Shown: in pieces, positions 53,171 through 64,000 of the stretch
Layout of the letters: the number at the start of each line of letters is the position of its first letter
How positions within the stretch are numbered: position 1 is the first letter of the stretch
Source: the human T2T-CHM13v2.0 reference genome, Homo sapiens
Strand: one strand, 5' to 3'
NCBI RefSeq assembly: GCF_009914755.1
Contig: NC_060925.1
Length of the DNA: 64,000 nucleotides
Notes under the pieces: generated by a model
Databases searched by the model: none
Told to the model about the DNA's origin: nothing
What the model saw: the letters and a program-made list of their open reading frames with translations, nothing else
Made by a program: the position numbers and the translations under genes

Positions 53171-54307
53171 AAATTTCAGGCCAATATCCCTGATGAACAT
53201 AGAGGCAAAAATCCTCAACAAAATATTGACAAACCAAATCCAGCAGCACATCAAAAAGTTAATCCACTGTGATCAAGTAGACTTCATTTCTGGGATGCAA
53301 GGTTGGTTCAACATATGCAAATCAATGAATGTGGTTCACCACATAAACAGAATTAAAAACAAAAAGCATGCAATCATCTCAATAGATGCAGGAAAATTTC
53401 TGATGAAATCTAACATCTATTCATGATAAAATTCTCACCAAACTAGGCATCAAAGGAACATATGTCAAAATAGTAAGAGCCATCCATGACAAACCCACAG
53501 CTAACATCATACTGAGCCAGCAAAAGCTGAAGTATTCCCCTTGAGAACTGGAACAAGGCAAGGATGTCCAAAGGATGTCCACTATGTCCTGGAAGACAAG
53601 GATATCTTCCAGAACGTAGTACTGGAAGTCCTAGGAAAAGCAATCAGGTAAGAGAAAGAAATAAAAGGCACCAAAATAGGGAAAGAAGAAGTCAAACTAT
53701 CTCTTCACTGACGATATGATTCTATGCCTTGAAAACCTTAAAGACTCTGCCAAATGACCCCTAGAACTGATAAACGACTTCAGTAAAGTTTCAGGGCACA
53801 AAAATCAGTAGCATATATATACACCAATAACATTCAAGCTGAGAGCCAAATCAAGAACACAGTCCCATTTATAATAGCCACAAAAAGAATAAAATACCTA
53901 GGAATATACCTAACCAAGGAGGTGAAAGATCTCTACAAGGAGAACTACAAAACACTGCTGAAAGAGATTAGATATGATACATATAAATGGGAAAATATTC
54001 CTGCTCATGAACTGGAAGAATCGACATCATTAAAATGGCAATACTGCCCAAAGCAATCTACAAGTTCAATACTATTCCTATCAAACCACCAACATCATTT
54101 CTCACAGAATTGGAAAAAAACTTCTAAAATGCATGAGGAATCGAAAAAGAGCCAGAATCACCAGAGCAATCCTTAGCAAAAATAAAAACGTCAGAGACAT
54201 CTCATTAGACAACTTCGAACTTATGCTACAAGGCTAGAGTAACCAAGATAGCATGGTATGGGTACAAATACAGTCACATAAACCAAGGAAACAGAATAGA
54301 GAACTCA

Positions 54308-54660
<353 letters not shown>

Positions 54661-55363
54661 AGCAATGGGGAAAAGACTCCCTATTTAATAAATGGTGTTG
54701 GGATAACTGGCTATCTGTATGCAGAAGAAGGAAATCGAACCCCTACCTATCACCATATATAAAAATTAACTCAAGATGGATTAAGGACTTAAATGTAAAA
54801 CCTAAAACTATAAAAATCCTGGAAGAAAACCTAGGAAATACCCTTCTTGATATTGGCCTTGGCAAATAATTTATGGCTAAGTTCTCAAAAGCAATTGCAA
54901 CAAGAGCAAAAATTGACAAGTGGGACCTAATTCAACGAAAGAGCTTCTGCATAGCAAGAGAAACTATCAAAGGAGTAAACAGACAACCTACAGAATGGGA
55001 GAAAATATTCACAAACCATGAATTCAACAAAGGTCTACTATCTAAAATGTATAAGGAACTTAAATCAATAAGCAAAAACAAATAACTCCATTAAAAAGTA
55101 GGCAAAGGACATGAACAGACTTCTCAAAAAAAGACTTACAAATGGCCAATGAACATATGAAAAAATGCTCATCATCACTAACCATCAGAGAAATGTCAAT
55201 CAAAACCACAATGAAATACCATCTCAACTAGTCAGAATGGCTTTTGTTAAAAAGTCGAAAAATAATAGATGTTGGTGAGGCTGCAAAGAAAAGGGAACAC
55301 TTATACACTGTTGGTGGGAATGTAAATTAGCTCAGCCACCGTGGAGAGCTGTTTGGAGATTTC

Positions 55364-55663
<300 letters not shown>

Positions 55664-57564
55664 TGGAGATTTCTTAATGAACTAATATTTGAACTACCAT
55701 TCAACCCAGCAATTCCATTACTGGGTAGGTGCCCAAAGGAAAATAAATAATTCTACCAAAAAGACACATGCACCTCTATGTTCATTACAGTGCTGTTCAC
55801 AATAGCAAAGACATTGAATCAACCCAAGTGCCTATCAATGTGGATTGGATTTAAAAAATGTGGTACATATATGCTATGGAATACTGTACAGCCATTAAAA
55901 AGAATAAAATCATGTCTTTTGCAGCAACGCGGATGTGGTTGGAGGCCATTATCCTAAGCAAACTAATGCAGAAACAGAAAACCAAATATCTCATGTTTTC
56001 ACTTATAAGTGGGAACTAAACATTGGGTAAACTTGGACATAAAGATGGGAACAATGGGAAATACTGTTCACTGGGAAACACAAAACATTGGGAAATACAA
56101 GAGCAGGAAGTGAGGGAGTGGAGCAAGGGTTGAAAAGCTACCTATTGGGTACTATGCTCACTATCTGGGTGACAGATTCATTCATACTCCGAACCTCAGA
56201 ATCATGCAAAATGTCTTTGTAACAAATCTGTATATGTACCCTCTGATGTTAAACATCAAAAAAAGATTAAACGAGAAAAAAACCTGTTAGAACTAATACA
56301 TGAATTCAGCAAAGTAGCGAGATACAAAGTTAGCACACAAAAATCAGTTGCATTTTGATACACTAACAATAAGCCATCTGGAAAAAAATTAAGAAAACTA
56401 TTCCATTTACAATAGCATCAAAAAGAATAAAATACGTAGAAATTAATTTATCCAAGAAGATTAAAGTCTTGGACAATGAAAACTACAAAACATTTCTGAA
56501 AAAAATTGAAGAAGACATAAATGAAAAGACATCCCATGTTCATGAATCCAAAGATTTAATATTATAAGATGTCAATACTATCCAAAGAGATCAACAGATT
56601 GAATGCAATTCCTATCACAATCCCAAGGACTTTTTTGCATAAATAAAAAAACTCATATGGAATCTCAAAGGATCCTGGATAACCAAGACAATCCTGAAAT
56701 GGAAGAACAAAGCTGGAAGACTCACAGTTCCTGATTTCAAAACTGACTACAAAGCTACAGTAATTAAAACAGTGTAGTGGTACTGGCATAAAGATAGATA
56801 TATGTACAACTATATATGTATATGTACATAAAATATGTACAACTATGATATTTCCATAAATTTTATAATAATTTAGTTTTTTAAAAGATTGATATAGACC
56901 AATGGGATAGCATAGCAAATCTAGAAATAAATCCTTGCATATATGTTCAAATAATTGTTTTACAAAGGTGCCAAGACCATTCAATGGGGAAAAGACAGTC
57001 TTTTCAACAAATAGTTTTAGGAAAACTAAATATTCACACACAAAAGAATGAAGTTGGATCCTTATTTAACACTATATACAAAAATTAACTCAAAATGGAT
57101 TTATGACCTAAATGTAATACTTAAATTATAAAATTCTTAGAAGAAAACATAGGACAAAACTTCACAACATTGGATTTGGCAATAATTTCTTGGATATGAC
57201 ACCAAAAACAAAAGCAACCAAATAAAATATAGACAAATTGGATTTCATGAAAATTAAAATATTTTGCACAGCAAATGACACTATTAACAGAGTAAAAAAG
57301 GCAACTTACAGAATGGGAGACCTTTTTTGCAAATTATATATCTAGTAAGGGATTAATATTCAGAATATATAGAGAATCTCTAAAACTCAGCAAAAGAAGC
57401 AAACAAAGCAATTCAAAAATGGGCAAAGGACTTGAATAGACATTTCTGTAAAGAAGATATACAAATGGCAGATAAGTAGATTAAAAGATGCTCAACATCA
57501 CTAATCCTTAGGGAAATGCAAATCAAAACCACAATGAGGTACCACCTGACACCCATTAGGATGG

Positions 57565-58839
<1,275 letters not shown>

Positions 58840-59317
58840 GATGGCTACTATTAAAACAACACAGAAAATAAGTGTTGGTGAGGATGTGGATAAACGGTAA
58901 CCCTCGTACATTGTTGGTGAGGATGTAAAATGGTATAGCTGCTGGATAAAACAGTATGGTGGTTCCTCAGAAAATTAAAAATAGAATTACTATATGATCC
59001 GCATTTCCATTTCTGGATATATACTCAAACAATTGAAAGCAGGGTCTTGAAGAAATGTTTGAACACCCATGTTCACAGCAGTATTATTCACAATAGCCAA
59101 AATGTGGAAACAACCTAAGTGTTCATCGAAGAATGAATAGGTTAACAAATGTGGTCTATGCATACAATGAAATATTATTCTGTCTTCTTGCTCTACTTGT
59201 TTCTCCTGTTCCTAACCTCTAAAGGTAGAGTGTCACCCCTTAGTCCTGCGGTCTCTTCTCTGTTTATACTTACTCCCTAGATAATGTCCTCTGGCGCCAT
59301 GACTTTAAAAACAATAG

Positions 59318-59619
<302 letters not shown>

Positions 59620-59898
59620 TTATGATGATCTCCAAGGCCCTTAAGTCCTTAACTACATCCACACCCCCAGCCTTATGTCTCTGGTTGCATCCCTCACCTG
59701 GCCACCCCTCATTCACTGAGCTCTAGCACACTGGCCTCCTGCTTCTATGAGGCCACCAGGTCGACTCCCACCTCAAGACATCTGCTGTTCCTTCTGCCTG
59801 AACTGCTCTTCCTCCAAGTATTTGCGTGTTTTTCACCCTCACTTCATTCTGATATCTGTTCGAAGGTCACCTCCTTAGAGCTTTCCCCAAGCAATATA

Positions 59899-60244
59899 TA
59901 GTCATCCCTCAGTATCCGTGGGGAATTGGTTCTAGGATCTCCTCTGATACCAAAGTCCAAGGAGCTGAAGTCACTCACATAAAATGGCATAGTATTTGCA
60001 TGTAACCTATACACATCCTCCCATATGCTTTAAATCATTTCTAGATTTCTTATAATACCTAATATAATGGAAATGCTGTGTAAATAGTTGTTATACTATA
60101 TTGCTTGGGGAGTAATGACAAGAAAAAAAAGTCCATACATATTCAGTACAGACAAAACCACGCTCTTTTTTTCCCCAAATATTTTCCATACCCGGTTGGT
60201 TGAATCTGCTGATAGAGAACCTGCAGATATGGAGGGCCAGTTGT
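59899..60244 (+). mobile_element. MER2-like TcMar-Tigger MITE within L2 remnants
   Basis: TIRs agtcatccctcagtatccgtggg and gcagatatggagggccagttg followed by TA. Confidence 0.75.
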
Positions 60245-61135
60245 ATATGCTCCTATCACTCTTGATCCTCTTTACCATTTCGTTTTCCACCTAACATTAT
60301 ATTATATATCCATTTGTTTATGACCTGCTTTGTAAGTGACATAAAGAACTTGTCTTATTTAATACTATATTCCTGACAACTAAAACAATTCAGAGCAGAA
60401 GCACACAACCAAGAGTTGTTGAGAGAATAAATGATCGAATGGATGGGTCTTAGATAAAGGTAGAAGATGGCTCTGCTTTTGAACACTCCAGGATGAGGGG
60501 ATGTTACTCTCTCATTGCCCACCTATAGTTTCTCCTACGCTTAGTGCTGGCCTAAACCATGCTGTGTCCCTTTAATATTCAAAAGGTTCGTGCTTAGGGT
60601 GGGACCAACAAAATGGGTATAACCATGTATTGACTACTCCTTTAGGAGCTAGCACAGAGGAGCTCTCTGTCGCCCTGTGAAAGCACTGACTTGCCTGAGT
60701 GAGTCTATTGCCTCATCTGATAGTGGGATTGTGGGTGCTGCTGGCTGATACCCCAATTCTTCCTATTTGTCTTTGGCAAGCCCAACTTTTCTGACACCAT
60801 CTTCTGCTCAATTCCAAAACCATTGTCAGGCTCTTCAACTCTGCTGTGCCCCAGGGTCTCAGGTGCCTGAATATCTAATTCATGGCCTCAAAAAACCTAA
60901 CGAAAAGTATAAACTTATCTGCAGACCTCAAGGCAGCATCTGGTTAACCACCCTCTGAAAACAGAAAGAGGATGATTCCAAACCCCACACTGTGGCCTTG
61001 GAAGCCCTACAGAGTCTGTTCCTACCTATCTCTCCAAACTCATCTCAGGCCCCTCTCCTCTTTGCTTACAAAATTCTAGCCAAAATGATCTTCTTTCTGT
61101 TTCTGAAATACCCCAGGCTTATTCCCATTTCATGG

Positions 61136-61935
61136 TGATGCAAGGCAGACAAGCCCCAAAATTGGGGCTTAGCCCAGGAGGGTTTTGTCTTTGCCAGGAA
61201 ATAATTCAAGGGCGAGCTAGTGGTGTTAGCAACTTTTATTGAAGTGGCCGTGTACAGCTGCAGCAGCAGCAGTAGTATTGCTCCTTGAGGAGCAGGGCTA
61301 CGCCATAGGCAATGTGCCCACAGTAGCAGCTCAGTGGCAGTTCTGGAGTAGTCGTTATACTGACTTTTAATTATATGTAAATTAAGGGGAATATTATGCA
61401 GAATTTTCTAGAAAAAATGTCGTCAGGTCATTGCCATGGAAAGGGTGGTAACTGGCCAGGCATGGTGGCTCACACCTGTAATCCCAGCACTTTGGGAGGC
61501 TGAGGCAGGCAGATCACAAGGTCAGGAGTTCAAGACCAGCCTGCCCAATATGGTGAAACCCCGTCTCTACTAAAAATACAAAAATTAGCCAGGCATGGTG
61601 GCACATGCCTGTAGTCTCAGCTACTCAGGACGGTGAGGCAGGAGAATCATTTGAACCCGGGAAGAGGAGGTTACAGTGAGCCAAGATTGTGCCACTGCAC
61701 TCCAGCCGGGGTGACAGAGCGAGACTCCATCTCAAAAAAAAAAAAGGAAAGAAAAAAGAAAGAAAAGAAAGAGCAGTAACTTCGGGCGTTGCCATGGAAA
61801 TGGTAAACTGACATGGCACACTAGTGGGAGTGTCTTACAGAGAGGTGCTTTGGACTTTTCCCTGTTTTAGCTATTTCTCTATCTGGTCCGAGGTTCAAGC
61901 CCTGCCTCTGGAGATGAGTTTCACATCCTACCTCA
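61136..61935 (-). mobile_element. MER51-like ERV1 solo LTR containing an Alu
   Basis: Minus strand begins TGAGGTAGGA; TG...CA termini; 4-bp TSD atgg. Confidence 0.7.
61454..61770 (+). mobile_element. Alu (S) in LTR
   Basis: Full dimer. Confidence 0.9.
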
Positions 61936-62169
61936 ATGGCATTTACAGTTGCCTCACCTTCTTCCTGAGACATTCTGTACCCAAATCTTTGCATGACTGG
62001 CTCATTCTTGTCATTAGTTTTTCAGCTCAAATGGGAGTCCCTCGGAGATGCCTTCCCAAGACCATCAGTCTACAATACAAGGCAGCACTGTTTTTTATTT
62101 TCTTCAGAGCAATGTTTACTCTTGTCCATTTTTGTTTACTTGATTATTATCAAACTCTTCTGTCTAAAG

Positions 62170-62384
62170 GAGGACTAACCAGTAGAATTTTCTGCAATGA
62201 TGGAAGTATTGTTATATTTGAGCTGTCCAGTATAGTAGCCACTAGTTACCATATGACTCCTATGCACTTGACATGTGGCTAGTGTGAATGAGTAAAAGAA
62301 TTTTTAATTTAATTTAATTTAATTTTAACTGATTTAAATTTAGATAGCCACATGTGGCCAGTGGCTACTGTACTGGACAACACA
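62170..62384. mobile_element. MER3-like hAT-Charlie element
   Basis: ctgtccagtatagtagccactag...gtggctactgtactggacaacacag. Confidence 0.7.
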
Positions 62385-62786
62385 GTTCTAGTATGTAAGC
62401 TTTGAGAGAGCAGGGATTCAATCTTATGCTTTGCCATATCTCCAGAACCTAGAACAATTAAATACTTCTAACCAAGATATTCTTTGGAGGATGGAGTCTT
62501 GTCAGTGTCTAACATTTGGGTCAGATGTGGCCAGCAATGAGTCATTCATTGATTTGGCTTTTGTCTTAGGAACATCAAGATGAAGATCAAGGAGATCCCT
62601 TTTCTTCAAAACATTGCTGAAAAAGATAGTGTAACAACATTGCAGAAAAAATTTTAAAAGTAAGTAACCTCCTACAATTCTTCCAGCAAACATTGCAACT
62701 GTTTTAATTTTTTGCATACTGTCTTCCAGATTTTGTTCACATGCAGGTGTCTTTTCAATATTTTGCAGACACAGAGGACACCATCA

Positions 62787-63100
<314 letters not shown>

Positions 63101-63599
63101 ATACCTTTGTCCTTGGAGAACATCTCCAATGCCCAGCCAGGTCTTAGCTCAGAAGGAACCTGACTATTGGAGTCATTTCCTGTGGCTCACCCAGTGAAGA
63201 GATCTTACCACCCCACAGCCACTTGGAGAGCCCCGTGCATTGAAGACACTGGGTTTGGCCCTGGGTATATAGCAATTGAAGATCATTTGTGAAGGACTGA
63301 TATTGAAGAAGGCAGGGGCTATGCTGGCTTATTCATTCATCCAACAACTACTATACTGTGCTATTGAATATCATAAATATTTTCCTTATTTGTACAGGGT
63401 CTACTATTTTCCTTTTTATGGCTGAGTAGCAGACACACCAAAATCTACTAAACCTATTCTTTGTGGATTGTAGACCATTTAACTTATGCCCATTATTGGA
63501 TCTTACAGAATTCTGTAATTAACTCTTCCTGCATGGAGCTTTTTACTTTTGTTGTATTATTTCCTTATAGTGTAGTAGTTGCTTATGTGTATAGGTTCT

Positions 63600-63800
63600 G
63601 GAAAGAGATGATCTGGTTTTTAACACTATCCATGGTAGTTTGGGCAAATTTCTTAACTTCTCTATATCTCAGTATTTCATTTATCAAGAAGGGTCACTAA
63701 TAACACCTTCCTCATAGGATTGTTGTGAGAATTGAAATGAATAAATTACATGTAAAGTGCTTGGTTCTGAGTTAGTACTCTATACAGAATAACAACTGCT
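63600..63800 (+). mobile_element. MIR
   Basis: tgggcaaatttcttaacttctct...cataggattgttgtgagaattgaaatga. Confidence 0.7.
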
Positions 63801-64000
63801 GTTATTATTAATTCTTGATCCAGGAGTAATTTCAAGGATATTAATATTTTCAAGACTGTTTCTAGATTGTGGTAATGGTTGTACAACTCTGCAAATATAT
63901 TAAAAGTCATTGAACTATACACTCAATAAAAGCCTTTTGCTAATTATGGCTATTTTGTTTTCCCAAATGGTATTCCTATTTTCATTCCTATCCTCACCTC

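Overview
Human (primate) genomic DNA containing two convergent, tail-to-tail genes. CAP1 (adenylyl cyclase-associated protein 1, + strand) has 12 coding exons at 776-12961 that splice to 475 aa; its non-coding first exon lies upstream of the window. PPT1 (palmitoyl-protein thioesterase 1/CLN1, - strand) has 9 exons, CDS 38697->15494, 306 aa, and a CpG-island promoter at about 38.4-38.9 kb. All exon boundaries were read by hand as GT-AG and give intact frames. Most of the rest is transposon-derived: about 50 Alus, L1, L2, MIR, Tigger1, THE1, LTR13, MER21, MER31, MER51, MER1/MER96, MER58, MER2 and MER3, with several nested insertions. Most ORFs in the supplied track are Alu or L1 noise. The best candidate for something undescribed is a series of minus-strand, splice-site-bounded, phase-compatible exon-like segments in the non-repeat islands upstream of PPT1 (63.2 to 46.3 kb), which may be a decayed multi-exon gene. 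This is inference only. Other points of note: a 27-bp PPT1 start-region module (CLEAR-like E-box, AUG-UGA start-stop, TISU/YY1), a 5' splice site reconstituted at the CAP1 exon 11/12 junction, and a back-to-back CAP1/PPT1 3'-end region. Repeat subfamily names come from recalled consensus sequences, not from a search, and repeat boundaries are approximate.
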